Assembly: GCA_964106915.2 (NCBI GenBank)
Contig: OZ066916.1
Reading direction: 5' to 3' (one strand)
DNA: 64,000 bases
Origin: Podarcis gaigeae
Lineage: Eukaryota
Positions 12,505 through 25,544 of this stretch are shown one piece after another (the first letter of the stretch is position 1; each line of letters begins with the position of its first letter). The notes beneath the pieces are model-generated. The model was not told the origin of the DNA, made no database searches, and saw only the letters and a program-made list of their open reading frames with translations. The position numbers and the translations under genes were made by a program.

Positions 12505-14467
12505 TAAATGTGAGAAACTTTTGTTGGAAACCTGGGCTGAAATGCTAAAACTGCTAGGTGGCAAATGATCCAGCTGAACTATCTATGCCTGTTCTGATAA
12601 CATCCTGAATCATAATTGGTGCAGTGTATGGCTCCACCCAATATCACAGGTATTATTGGCTATTTCAGTGGCATATGAATTTGTGAGGAATATTTAACTG
12701 GGTCTAAAGACTGGTTTTGGAGTATATTCAAGGTTTAGTTGGAAAGCCCCCCCCCCAATTATTTTAAGAGCATTTGTTGTGATAATTTCCTTTCTTATAC
12801 TTGATTACAGCTGTAGGAAATATGATGAACACGAGTACCTAAGTACAGGTGGCAACCATTTAGCATGCATCCAATTGACATGCGACCACCCATGCATGTG
12901 TTTTCAGCTCCAGAAGGGGTGAAATGGGTGTGTGGCGGGGGTGGAACAGGTTTATGACATGGACAATGACCTGGAATGCAACCCCTGTGCAAATGAGGAG
13001 TTGCCTGTAAATCCATTTAGGGTGCAATTTTTTACTCAAGTTAAGCTGGCTGGGGGGCTAGGCAATATGGTGCCATCTGGGTGTTGTTGGAAGCCAACTC
13101 CCATCAGCCCCAGAAAGCATGGTCAGTGGCCATAGACAATGGGAATTCTTGCCTAGCAACTTCTGTTCACTACCTCTGGATATGTGAAATGGTGGAAGCC
13201 ACACTGCTGGCAGAACACAAGATACACTGCCACTATGACACATATCTCAGCAGAACGGTTTGGAGATGCCTGTAGAAAACTCTGCTAGTACAGTTGCTGT
13301 GCTGGTGAAAATGCACCAACAAAATGGCTAAAATAGAGTGGATTCCTGGATGGGATGGGTGTGTCATAGGAAAGAAGGACACCTACATCTTATCCTGTAC
13401 TCACTGAAACCATGACCATGCTTCTGTCAATGGTACATCTTTACACTACCCTCAGATCCAATGCAAGGAAATTCTTCATCGCCTTTTCTTTTTCCTTTTT
13501 ACCAATAAACACGTTTTAATCAACTATGCATTTTTGTAGACATTAGTTGTCTGGAGAACTGTGCTGCAAAATATGGAGTGACTTTGAAAGGATGGCTGTG
13601 TTTCTGAAAGTGCAAATTAGTCAAGTTCGCCTGTAAATGTGAATGATCTTGAATTTCTCCCCCATCCCTACTTATGAGTAGGTAGTAAAAGGTGACTTTC
13701 GCTTTTACTTTAAGGGATGCCTGGGGATTTGCAGAAATGGAATAATAGCTGCTTGTGTTTCTGAGCTATGGTAACCCTAGTGTAGGTCATTTCAGGATAA
13801 GGAAGTTGTTTTAGATGAATAATTATTTAGAGTAACTGTAACATATGCAAGCAAATATTTCTGTTCCTCTTTAGGAACCTAAATGAAAATATTGATGTGT
13901 ATGAGAAAACGTAAAATTCAAACTACAAGAAATGTCACCTATATGCCTCTTGGAGAAGTGTAACATTTTCTTGCCTTTCCAATGTTTGTTTTATCATAAT
14001 TAGTTCAATATATACTATGTGGATGTAGATGTTTTAAAAATGCATTTTCCTTAAAGCTCTTAAGAAATTATTTTTTAACTTTTCAGTGGCCTCTAAAACT
14101 TTTAGGTCTGCTGTTTTTCTGGGTTGCTGGGGCTGTTTTATTCATCCAATCAATGAATATGTACCTTCATCTATTAAAATTGGCCTGCACCAATTAGTGA
14201 ACTATTGATGAAGTGGCCAATTAAGCAGACTAACATTTGCAGCCTCATTTTAGACCACACACTTAACTTTCTGTCTCCTCCTTTCCCCATCACCTTGCAT
14301 TGACTATCACTTTTATTACCCTTCTTTTAAGGGTCTTTCAAGTATATTCCTGTTTCTGCTTCTACTATTCCTATTTTCTGTGTTTTGTTCTGAAGCTTCT
14401 TTTTCACTATTCCTTATGCTTAGCATGTTCCTGCTGGGAGTAGTCCTCTTTTCAGGTTTGTTCCAGC

Positions 14468-14973
14468 TCACGGTATCCTCATACTCAGATGATGTGGAGC
14501 ACTCCAAGCCAAATGTCACAAAGGAACAGCCCATGTTGAGGGACTATGCTGAGGTATATCAAGTGGATCTGGGACCCCCAGGGGAGATGGCAACCAATGC
14601 TTCCCCTCAAGATGCAGATAGGCCCTGCTCTGACCTAGAGGTGGAGACTGAACAGCCACCAGAAGCAGAAAAGTGACTGCATGAGTAAAAGGGCATTTGT
14701 GAAGAAGTCACTCCTCATGAGTACTCAAATTCCGTAGTTCACACTGATAGCCAGCAGCTGTGCTTTGAAGGCTCAGGCTTAAAAGCCTTCAGTTCTTGAC
14801 GCAGAGTGATGGAGCAACTAGATCTCAGAACTGGGTAGCTTCTGACTGCCTAGCTCTTCCGTGGAACAAGATCCATGCTTGGACCTTGGACTTCCATCAG
14901 AGTATGCTCCAAGCAGTGATTAATTCTTAACTGTTCTGTTTTTGTGCCACCTGAATCAGGATATTGCCTACCA
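14468..14973. mobile_element. Probable solo LTR or LTR-like insertion (~500 bp)
   Basis: GC-richer block with a TATA-like GGCTTAAAAG followed by R/U5-like sequence, ending in CA. Flanked by CCAG(C)TCAC and CCAGTCAC. Family not identified. Confidence 0.4.
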
Positions 14974-15740
14974 GTCACCTTCTTCATTGTCCTTAATTAA
15001 ACCTGTCTCTCTAAACAAATTCTTTCCCTTTGCATTTCACCGGTCGTAATCCTTTCAATTTCCCTCTGCTGCAGCAGCCCTTTGTGTCTCATCTTATATT
15101 TATTTATCTCTTGAGTTATTTAGATACAAAATCTTTGGAGACTGGATCTTGCCTATCTATGTGAAGCACTCAGTTATGAATAAACAATTACACTAATAAT
15201 AATTTGTTAAATGCATGCTCGGCTAGCAAGGACAATGTCATTGTCAGAGTTTGATATATGTCACAGATCCTCCCACAGATTACTTGTCAGGGCTGTGACA
15301 AAATGGGGACAGAGACAAAATGGGGACACACACAGTAGAGCAGATAATAAATGACTGTAAGTCCTGGAACAACAACAACAAAAGGACATTTACACAAATA
15401 GAACTGGTTTCCATGTGTTTAAAGGAAATTTATGACTATTTGATAAAACTGCTTTGGACAACTTCTCCAGTTCACATGGACTCCTCCAAAGCAGGGATGC
15501 GCTACTTTTCAACATAGCCACTCTTGGGTAATCAAAGGGCTGGGTTCAAAGGCCTTGAGATTTGTCTCTCCATTTCGCACTTGATTCTTCACCCCCCTCC
15601 AAAACCAACAGATCACATGTTGAAACTGTTTTTTGAACAGCAGAATGTGTGGGCCCCCCCAGTATTAAAACTCCCTGTAGATAGAAAAAAATAGTCTTTC
15701 ATTGAGAATAAGGATTCCAGACTAGTTCTTCCCATTGTCA

Positions 15741-15968
15741 AGGGCTACTTCTAGATGACCTGTTTATTGAGCATTCATCCTGATTTGCTTGTTTATTTTG
15801 TATCAAAGCAAGTGTTATTCCACACTTCAGCTCACCACTTTTCCCATCACAAAAATTCCAGCCTTTGGGGGAAATAGGATGTGTGGCACAATATTTCCCG
15901 GTCAATTATCTAGTGCCAGTATATGATTGAAGCCCATCCAAAAATAGTGAGAGTCTGGAAGAACCCTA
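15741..15968. mobile_element. MITE with imperfect TIRs (AGGGCTACTTCTAGA...TCTGGAAGAACCCT), possibly PIF/Harbinger-like
   Basis: Terminal inverted similarity with TAA at the right flank. A related end occurs near 63265. Confidence 0.45.
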
Positions 15969-17011
15969 AGAGTGTGGAAGTTGATATATCTGTCCATCTA
16001 TCTGGATCAGTAGAACTGTCTCAAATACAAAACTAGCAAAAACAGTTTTAGCACAGTATCTGTTTGTGTCCCCATTGGTGTACTTGGGGCTTTAAAATTT
16101 CAGCAGCACCCTGTGTGCTGCCAAAATTCAACATCCCCCCCACCTCTTGCCTTCTGTTGTTTGTCATTGTTGTGGCACCTCCTGCAGCACTCAGTGTGGT
16201 TGAACCAGTTGTGCTCCCCTAAATCTGCCTCTGATGTCCCAATCCCTGTAGCCCTTCAGATGTTGTTAGACTGCAATTCCCATCATCCCTGGACATTGCC
16301 CATGCTAAATTCCAACAAAATCTGGAGAGCCACTGGTTCCCCTTGGTTTTCCTTGCAGAGGGGATGAGCCGGTATTTCGGTACTTTGATAACTAAAAACT
16401 CTTGCTTGATATTTCTACATTGTATCATGCAAATCCTCTCTACCCCTCTCTCTCTCCTCTCTGAACCAGCATGAGTATGTTCTAACTGAAGCTGCTGTCC
16501 TAAACACAATTACTCATGAATACATTCCACTGAGGCTACTGGGATCTGCTAATAAATGTGTTTATTATCACAACCAGAGAGAGTAATCCAAAGTGAAACA
16601 TCTGTTAGACATGCTGTTCCATACGGCAAAATTAGTGTTGCTCTGGGAACCTTAACTTTTGTACCTTTAACACTATACACCCACTGTCTTGGTAGCAATC
16701 CTTGCTATCTCAATTCAGCACTCATTTATCATTGAGTAACCCTTTTTCTTTTTTTCTTTTTAAAAAAGAAAATGGCACAATCACTTGCACATTTGCTGTG
16801 GCTCCCATATGATATAGTGAAACTTGTGCAGGGTACTTTCCAAGAGTGCTATGCCTACTATTTCAACGTTATTTGTTGTGTACATATTGTCTTTATTTTA
16901 TATCCTGAAAATATTTTTTTTTCAGGGCAGCTTACAACATCCAGTTTAAATAATACAATAAAGTTCAAAGCGAAAACTTCCTTAAATAGAAATAAAGCAG
17001 CTGATAATTTC

Positions 17012-17271
17012 CCAGAGTTGCCAACGTTTTTACATCGCTGCTGGCAATTTTGCAGGACTCGAGGAGGCGGGTAGGGACCGGAGGGTGGCTCCTCTGGCGG
17101 GGAAGAGGCGGAGGATCTGGGCGCGGCGCTGCTTCAGCGAGGTGGGCGAGGGCGGTGAGCTGATGCCGGGAGGTGAGGTGCCGTGTCCAGCCTCTGCCTC
17201 TTCCCTGGCGCCCTTGAGAACATGACGCCCCGGCGCCCCGCACCACTTGCCTCTATGGGCAAGACGCCCCT
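17012..17271. mobile_element. CpG-rich DNA-transposon (hAT-like) remnant
   Basis: Isolated GC/CpG-rich block starting CAGAGTTGCCAAC and ending GACGCCCCTG. Both ends resemble hAT-type terminal motifs. Confidence 0.5.
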
Positions 17272-19090
17272 GATTTTAACATCACTATGTCCTGGGTCTT
17301 CAAGCTTTAATCGGTAATAACCTTTCAAATGTGAGCCTGCCTGTTTCCCCCCCCTTTTTAAAAATTTTAAATACACAAGTAAACAAAGAACACATGTGAT
17401 ATATTACATATTACCTAATATTCACCAAATTTATAACTTACTTCTATATGCTGCCATGGGTTCCTTTGGGAGGAAGAGTGGGATAGAAAATCAATCCTAC
17501 ATTAAGACCATAACTTTAATGTAATATAATATAAATATTTCCTAAAATGTATCTCTTTCTATAATAAAAATGTAAGAATGTCATTTCATAGTCTTCTCTG
17601 GACAACTGCATCACAGTCCTGGATTTTCATAGATGGCGTAGGGGAGCAAAAGTGAAGGCAATCTGCACAACAGCAGTGGCCATGGCATGGGAGAAGGGAG
17701 AGACCCTGAGAGGGAGAAAGGTGATAGTTTAAAACAATGGCAGAGGCATGATTAAAACAAGGATAGGGAGAACTGGGAAGAAAATATTTATTTCCACATT
17801 TCATCTGAGACATTTATTTTAATCTTTTTATTGTCAATGTTCATTTCCTTTATACTTCATGAAGTATAAAAATATTATCATATTTTGGATAACAGTCCCC
17901 CCCTTGTGTAATTATTTCTTCAAATGATGTCAATTGTACCAATTCTCCTTTCTCTTTTTCTAAAATTATCATCGGAAAGCTCCTTAGCTGAAAATACTGA
18001 TACCATGGGGCTTGTTAGCTTCCATTGTAGTTGACAATTCCTCATTTGATAAATAATCACCATCTCCTATTACAGCTCTTATTGTTGTAATTTTGTACTT
18101 ATGTCATAAGTCTGCACTGCCCAACAATTGAAACTTAACATTGTATAGAATGTACTGAGGTTGTGACATAGACTTTTTATGATTGCCCCATATTCCTAGA
18201 AAAATTAAGTTTGGTTCCATTAAATGCTGAATCTCTTGATATCTTTTGTCATATGCTCAGAGGTAATTTTCAATGGGCATTTTACTATAACATATATAAC
18301 CCATTATTTTCTTTAGTGTGGTCTTTGGCAGATCATTTAGCTTGATTTAGCATTCAGATTTTGCTTTGTCTTGTAAATTGCTGCTGAGTCTCTCTCTCTC
18401 TGGAACAGAAAGTGATACTGAGTTAGAAAACAATGGCAAGAATGACTCATATCACAGACTTTTATTTATGAGAACTACTAGGAACTTTTATGAAAACTAC
18501 TAGGAACTTTTTATGAGCCCTCACTTAACAAACTAGATGAGCACTTACTATAGTGCATAAGGCTGCAGAGATTAATAATATTTTAGAGCATTGTCATAAT
18601 CATCACCATTATTTTTTTTCAATTGACATACACACTTAATTGTTCACACACAACACAGCTATGTCCTCCTTTGTCAAAAGAGAGCAATGGATCCCTGACT
18701 GGATTGAGGCCAGCATTAAGGGCCAGTTAGTTATTGCTGGGAGAAAGGGACGCGGGTGGCGTTGTGACACACATTTGGCGTTGTGACACACAAGGGGAGA
18801 TTTGACACACATTTGACTGAAGTCTCGTAGAACCCCCTTGTTGTCAGGAGCTCTGACAACAAGAAGGCATCTAAGCACATTCAGCTGAACATGCTTTTAA
18901 TATCCCTTCAGATCTTTGCATTCAAATTAGTTGGCACAAGAGGAGGTATGTGTCTTGTATACACACAGCAAGCCCCTCCTCACTTTAATGCCCACACTCA
19001 TTGACCTGAACACATGAATAGACTCAAATGTGACAGCCTTCCATTGAGAATTAATTACCTTGATGGATATGCATTTGAAAGAGGCTAAGT

Positions 19091-19392
19091 CGGGTGGTGC
19101 TGTGGGTTAAACCACAGAGCCTAGGGCTTGCCGATCAGAAGGTCGGTGGTTTGAATCCCCACAATGGGGTGAGCTCCCTTTGCTTGGTCCCTGCTCCTGC
19201 CAGCCTAGCAGTTGAAAAGCACGAAGTGCAAGTAGATAAATAGGTACCGCTCCTGCAGGAAGGTAAACAGCGTTTTTGTGAGCTGCTCTGGTTTCACCAG
19301 AAGTGGCTTAGTCATGCTGGCCACATGACCCGGAAGCTGTACACCGGCTCCGTCAGCCAGTAAAGCGGGATGAGCACCGCAACCCCAGAGTC
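19091..19392 (+). mobile_element. Sauria SINE, 3'-truncated
   Basis: tRNA-derived head (CGGGTGGTGCTGTGGGTTAAACC...GGTTTGAATCCC) and body. Stops at AACCCCAGAGTC, with no ACCTTT tail. Confidence 0.92.
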
Positions 19393-19599
19393 AGGCCCAT
19401 GGACTGGAAGTGGCCCACAGAGGCCATTTGACTGGCCCACAAGACGCCCACTTGCCCACTGTGCTAAACCAGTGCAGTGTGGCATGGGGACTTGCTTCCG
19501 CGGCGCCGGAAATCGCGTCTGTGCATGCGCGATCCGACCCATAGAGGGTTCTCCATGGGACTGATCCGGCCCAGGCAAGATAAACCGTGCTGACCCCTA
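19393..19599. mobile_element. hAT/Charlie-like MITE fragment abutting the SINE
   Basis: Repeated GGCCC/CCGGCCC subterminal motifs and terminal GCTGACCCCT. Confidence 0.6.
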
Positions 19600-20664
19600 G
19601 TCCAGGACCTCTATGGGACTATGCTTTGGGTTTGACTCTGGGATGTTTCCTGACTGTTGAACTTTGGACTTGACATACTGTATGCACCAGTGGGACTTGC
19701 TGCCAGCAGGACTTGCAGCCAGGTAGGCTAGGGATTCAGGACAGTTAACGTACTTTGTTTGACTCAGGGCACACACATTTAGTTATATTAAACACAACTT
19801 ATTCTTTTGCATTGTAGCTGTCTCTTCAATGATGAAAGTTAACACTGACCCCAGGGTGATGCTGCCACCATTCTCTGAATTATATGCTTTTTTCCAAAGA
19901 CCCTAATAAACTATCTTATATCTAAGGGAAGAGAAGAGTTGATTTGACTGTTGATTTGTAATGGAACCAAAGCATATCTTTAGCTGAGTTTTGCAGCATC
20001 CAAAATTATAATATAGTGCAAACATTATTTCAAAATACAGTATAGCATGATCCTAAGCATGTATCAGTCACAATAGATAGCATTGTTATACGGTAAAAGT
20101 CATTTCTCATATTTATAGTTTGCAATTAACTGTGCACATGTGAATGACTTCTGTGAAAGACACCTCTGCCATTGATAAATAGATATTTCTGAAAACATTT
20201 CACTATACTTGGAGGACAAGAGATGGCTCCTGTGCAAATAACAAGACTTAATTTCATTGGAAAAGCTCACCTGGCATCATAAACCAAGAAAACTTGATCA
20301 GGGTGGTTTCTGAGTTAGGCAGGCCTCAGGAATGACTTCATTTGTTTATGCTGTTGGGCCAGCTGTTTCTTTGATACAAGAGTATACATATGTTGTATAA
20401 TATACAACTTGTTAAGCTTTTGATGCTTTAAAGTGTTCAGGTTCTTAAACTTTTATGGGTGAGGCACTGACTTCTTAACAGCTTTCATTTCTGTCTTTGA
20501 GTGATGTCAGCTCAAGAGCATTATCACTCTTGGTGACGTTAATAGTATATGCTGGAATATATCTAAGTGAATTTGCTGTTACATTGTCGCTTAGTAGCTG
20601 TTTTTGTTAAATCTGCCGTTTTTTCATTTTGCATAGTAGCTGAACAGAAATGCTGAACTCAACC

Positions 20665-20691
20665 GTGTGTGTGTGTGTGTGTGTGTGTGTG
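20665..20691. repeat. (GT)n microsatellite
   Basis: Seen directly. Confidence 0.97.
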
Positions 20692-23675
20692 ATCAGCTTG
20701 TGCTTTTATCAGCAATTGACAAGAGAGCATTATTGCCTTATTAGTGTGCACATTTTTTATGCATTCACATAGATGAACATAACTGTCAAGAGCCATACCT
20801 TTCTGCACATGATAGATTCTCTGTGTGCACAGTTCTGCAGGCATAAAATGGCTGCATGGAAAATACTTCAATTTGTGCAGCAGGGAAGGGGTGGCTCCAT
20901 GGACCTGCTATGCCAGCAGCAGGACTGTTGTGTATGAGGATGGTGAGTGGTAGGGCAGGGTGACAGTGAGGTTGGAGCACTTTGGTTCCACTGTTGCAAT
21001 GCCATATTGGCTCCACTGCTATGCCCAAAGTGCCCTGAACTTGTAGGTGCCCTGCTCCCTCTCCATCCCAGTACATGCCATTGGTGCTACTGCTATTGGG
21101 CCAGGTCCACCTTGCCACCCCTCCCTACCAGTGATCTCCATACTGATCTATTCCATCAGCTAGATGTGTCAGGTGCACTACAACATACCCAGATATTGCC
21201 AGTAACTTGAGACCCTCCAATGAAGTACACATATTATTCAGTAGTCACTCTTTCCCAACTCAGGTACACTGTAGGCCCAGAGAAGAGACTGTACTTGATG
21301 ACTGCATGTGACATGCTAGAGGCGCTCATGTTACTGCTGATGGCTGGGCACATTAGACTGCTTCTGGCACTGAGCAGGGGCAGAAGGTCAGTAGGGGGAG
21401 AACTCAGTATAACACCAATGCTGATATCTTCTGTGCATGCGGAGCTGCATAAGGATAAAGTTCTGTATGTAGGCAGCAGGGGATAGATTGTGCCAAACAG
21501 GAAATTGTGGATATAGTCTAACAATTTTCCACATCACAGGAGCCCTGTGATCAGGGGACTTATACATTTGTGACTACCCTCGTCACACATCCATTTTGTC
21601 CATGTGAACATGCAAATACCTGGCGAGTCAAGACTGCCTGTGCTAGCAAAACTGGTGTGTGGACAGGTCCTTGTTTTCTGGCTGTGAACTCCACTACAGG
21701 AGCATACATCTTAGCTAACTACCATCAAACCAATATGCCTTGTGTTTCACTTGTAGAGCATTTCCCTCCAGAGCGAATTAGCTAGGGAGCTTAAGTGTAA
21801 TCATGCAAGGATAATATGAAATATGACAGCTTGAAAAATGAATTATGTTTCACACATTGACCATGCGGCTTCCACGTCATATCTAACCCCCCCGCCCCCA
21901 ATTTCATATTGAAACTTGAAATGTAACTTCTCCCTTTTTTAAATCCTGGGAGGTCTTAATCTGGAGATTGTAGAGAGACTAAGTGGCTAAAATGCTTCGC
22001 CTCACGGAGGTTGCAAGGTTCTGTCTCACACTGCCCTGCACCATGCTTACAAAGTGCTTTGGGGAGAAACAAACTGCAGAAACATGGGAAACCCTTCTTC
22101 TTCACTATGTAGTGTATCCTGTCTTGGTCTTCAATCTGTATTTTCATTTTATCTCTTATCAGGCTCCCTGTCAAGGGTGGTGGTCTTCCTCTTTTCAAAA
22201 CCCTGCACAAATTCTGAACTATAAAAGAACTGAGGACCATTTGATCCCAGAATCAACTTAGGTTTTCATTAATCAATAGTTCATGATCCTAATAGTCAGC
22301 TTATTATTTGCAGCAAGGTGATATTCTTATATTTTCATTAGTGCAAAACATTGATGAAGTGATGGCAGTGGCTAATCTATATGTTGGCAAGACAATTTAC
22401 GGTGTTCAGCATAAACCTATCTCCTTTTCTCTTGGATACAAATGAGTAGTTGATTCCTTGGCTTAATTGAAATCAAAACCTGAGTAACACAGGAAACTCT
22501 TGAAGTACATAGGCTGAACAAATGATGTGAGCTCTTTTGTGTCCCTACTATGTATAAACTCTAGCTTTATATACTGGAGTCGGGAACAGGGGAGCTTGGA
22601 GTCCAAATAAGCAATTGGCAGTGTGCAAGATTCTGCAAGTTTGCAATTTTTCCACAGAGTTCAGCTGGGCAATGTATTTGACCACAAATTCTGGCAATCA
22701 TTTTTGCACCAGATACATAGTAAGTTCTGTTTACCACCTAAGAGGTTTATGAAGACAAGCAAGTTACACTGAAGTTGGTTTAGTCATCTCTGTGGGCTCA
22801 TGGGGACCTTGGCACTGGTATCTTTAGATGGAGAAGTTATGTGAGTTGTGGTATCTGTGGCATTCAGGGCAGCAATGTAAATACTTGGAAAAATGGAAAA
22901 TAATTCCACTTCCTCTTGTGCATAGCTGGACACTCCACCTGTGTGCATGCCATTCTCTCCTAGGTAGGCCAGTGAAGGGGTAGGACATGATTCCCACGGC
23001 TGCAGTTATTCTGGCTGTGTTATGTGGAGGAAGTCTGTGTCTTTTGCTCCTCGCTACTGTTGTCTTCTGTGCAACAGGACCCTACTAACTTTCTGTCTGG
23101 ATCAGGGACAAATCATTGGATTTCTTTATCATAAGGCAGCAATGTAAGTAATGGCAGTACCTTCACTTCTTGGGCAATATAGCCCTCTGGTATATTCCCA
23201 CTCAAACACAATCTCATGCTGACCAAGAGAAACAGAAACCCAGAGGCCAAATCTGGCCCACCCAATTCTTGGGTAAAAGTACTATATTTTCTTAGCATCT
23301 GGATTTTTCTTGCTGATAGGGAAAAATCTAGTGGGGCTCATCCAGACTTGTGCTTGCCCCACCACTTTCCTCTGGGAAAACCCAATCTTTACCACTGAAT
23401 AGGAGCAAAGATCAATTGGATTTCCCCCCGATTGACATTTGCACCGATATTAGCACTAAAGTGTTTCTTTTTCTTGGAGAAAGTGACAAGGCAAAGGCAA
23501 AACTACTCAGACCTGTGTCTAGAAAGCACAGGACAAGCATAAAAACCAATTGGACCCATGCTTTTCAGGCACAGGGAAAATGCAAGTCTAGATGATCCCA
23601 GACTATAGACACCTGCCCAAGTCTGACAACAATCTGACAACAATGCATCTGTTGTTGCAGTCGTAGCATAGTGAA

Positions 23676-23829
23676 GAAACCTCAGAATCTGACTTACACC
23701 AAGTCAGTATAGTTGACACTGACTGGAAGCGACATTCCAAGGATTTTGTCCAGCCTTATCTAGAGACCCCAGGACTGAACCTAGAACCTTTTGCATGCAA
23801 ACCATGTGCTCTACCCCTGAGCTACGACC
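23676..23829 (-). mobile_element. tRNA-derived SINE (Squam3-like), degraded
   Basis: Reverse complement reads GGTCGTAGCTCAGGGGTAGAGCACATGGTTTGCATGCAAAAGGTTCTAGGTTCAGTCC (A and B boxes), then a CCAGTCAGTGTCAAC body. Confidence 0.7.
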
Positions 23830-24845
23830 TTTCTTATATGAATGTAGAGTCTATCATTACAACAGAATTGCTTTATCTTTTGCAGTAACCGTCTCCCAAA
23901 GGAACTAGGCATCGATTAATATTTAATTTGAATATGATAAACTAAACTTGTGAGCATACTAAATTCTACACAGACCCATAGGTTGTTAGATTAAAATTAC
24001 TGGAATCTATTACCATGTTCATGCTGTTTTGAAGCGGTGCTGCTTGGATAATTTTTCCCCTTACTGAGTCAATTATATAACAAATTCCAGTAATTAGTCG
24101 CATAAAACCAGGTAATAATATAATTAAAAAGAAAATATTTACTTGCAATGGAGGATGTTTTTATACATCTTAATTATGTTGTTTTGCTCACCAACTAATA
24201 GCACAGCATAATATTTGTGTAGGTGTACATCTCACAGATATGGAATTAATAAAAACAAGAGAGTATAATTAAGTCTCAGGTACAATTTGAATGATAATAT
24301 GCATCAGGGTATGGCCTTTTGATTGAAACAAGCTTGGAAGAAGACCGAGGGTCTGTATCCAACTAAGCCATATTTTAGTGTAGGTCCACTGAAATCAGTG
24401 CATTCAAGTTAGTCAGCACACCAGTTTCAAGAGGTCTACTCTTGAGGTGGATACAACTAAGTAAGAAGAGTGGCTTTACTTATTTGATTCCATTGCCATT
24501 GGGAATCTCAACTAATCTTATCAGGGAAATGCTTTTTGGCATAAGCTTTCCAGCTTGGACCTCAGCCCCTCCAACATTTCAAACCTATAAAACATCGAAT
24601 GAGCCTCCTCACTATTATATATTTGAGCAGAGGTGGCAGAGGTGATTCTTACCTAATCTCCTATCACCAGTGTTGCTAGACTGACCAGAAGGGAGAGGAA
24701 GAGGGGCAAGGCAGTGGGCGTGGGCCAGTCAGTGCAGTGCAAATGCACCAACAAGAGTGTTGGGTTGGCTCCATTGAAGCATTTGCACAGGGATGACTGC
24801 CACACCACCTCTGATAAGTGCAATGATGCTGGGGACAGGAGGTCA

Positions 24846-25045
24846 NNNNNNNNNNNNNNNNNNNNNNNNNNNNNNNNNNNNNNNNNNNNNNNNNNNNNNN
24901 NNNNNNNNNNNNNNNNNNNNNNNNNNNNNNNNNNNNNNNNNNNNNNNNNNNNNNNNNNNNNNNNNNNNNNNNNNNNNNNNNNNNNNNNNNNNNNNNNNNN
25001 NNNNNNNNNNNNNNNNNNNNNNNNNNNNNNNNNNNNNNNNNNNNN
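24846..25045. other. Assembly gap (200 N)
   Basis: Exactly 200 N, a conventional placeholder size. True length unknown. Confidence 0.99.
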
Positions 25046-25111
25046 AATCTAATTTACCTTTGACTCTGGCTCCATCCACCATAGGCTTCAGCACTGGCCA
25101 CTACCAGCATT

Positions 25112-25474
25112 GGGACGCGGGTGGCGCTGTGGGTAAATGCCTCAGCGCCTAGGGCTTGCCGATCGAAAGGTCGGCGGTTCGAATCCCTGCGGCAGGGTGC
25201 GCTCCCGTTGCTCAGTCCCAGCGCCTGCCAACCTAGCAGTTCGAAAGCACCTCCGGGTGCAAGTAGATAAATAGGGACCGCTTTCTAGCGGGAAGGTAAA
25301 CGGCGTTTCCGTGTGCAGCTCTGGCTCGCCAGAGCAGCGATGTCACGCTGGCCACGTGACCCGGAAGTGTCTCCGGACAGCGCTGGCCCCTGGCCTCTTG
25401 AGTGAGATGGGGGCACAACCCCAGAGTCTGTCAAGACTGGCCCCTACGGGCAGGGGTACCTTTACCTTTACCTT
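25112..25474 (+). mobile_element. Full-length Sauria SINE (second subfamily)
   Basis: Starts GGGACGCGGGTGGCGCTGTGGG, B-box GGTTCGAATCC, (ACCTTT)n tail. Perfect 12-bp TSD ACTACCAGCATT at 25100-25111 and 25475-25486. CpG-rich, so probably young. Confidence 0.96.
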
Positions 25475-25544
25475 ACTACCAGCATTCAGCCCCTGGCAGA
25501 TTTCCCCTAAGGGAATGCAACACTTGATAGTCTTAAGTTAATGC

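Noticed and set aside
12335-12568. Poly-Leu ORF (likewise poly-Tyr 51364..51690 and VCVC ORFs at 44143 and 54708)
   Set aside because: Translations of microsatellites.
14380-14676. 98-aa + strand ORF with a hydrophobic N-terminus and acidic tail
   Set aside because: Straddles the junction between a pyrimidine-rich tract and an LTR-like insert. The hydrophobicity reflects T-richness and the start is non-ATG.
17790-18260. Possible L1-like ORF2 remnant on the minus strand (also about 12050-12280)
   Set aside because: Composition is suggestive, but no motif is clear enough to call without an HMM search.
23770-23829. tRNA-Ala/Cys-like sequence (also 31180-31245, 44045-44070, 45465-45527)
   Set aside because: Degenerate SINE heads with broken stems, not functional tRNA genes.
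24714-25152. ORFs containing X runs
   Set aside because: Artefacts of the 200-N gap.
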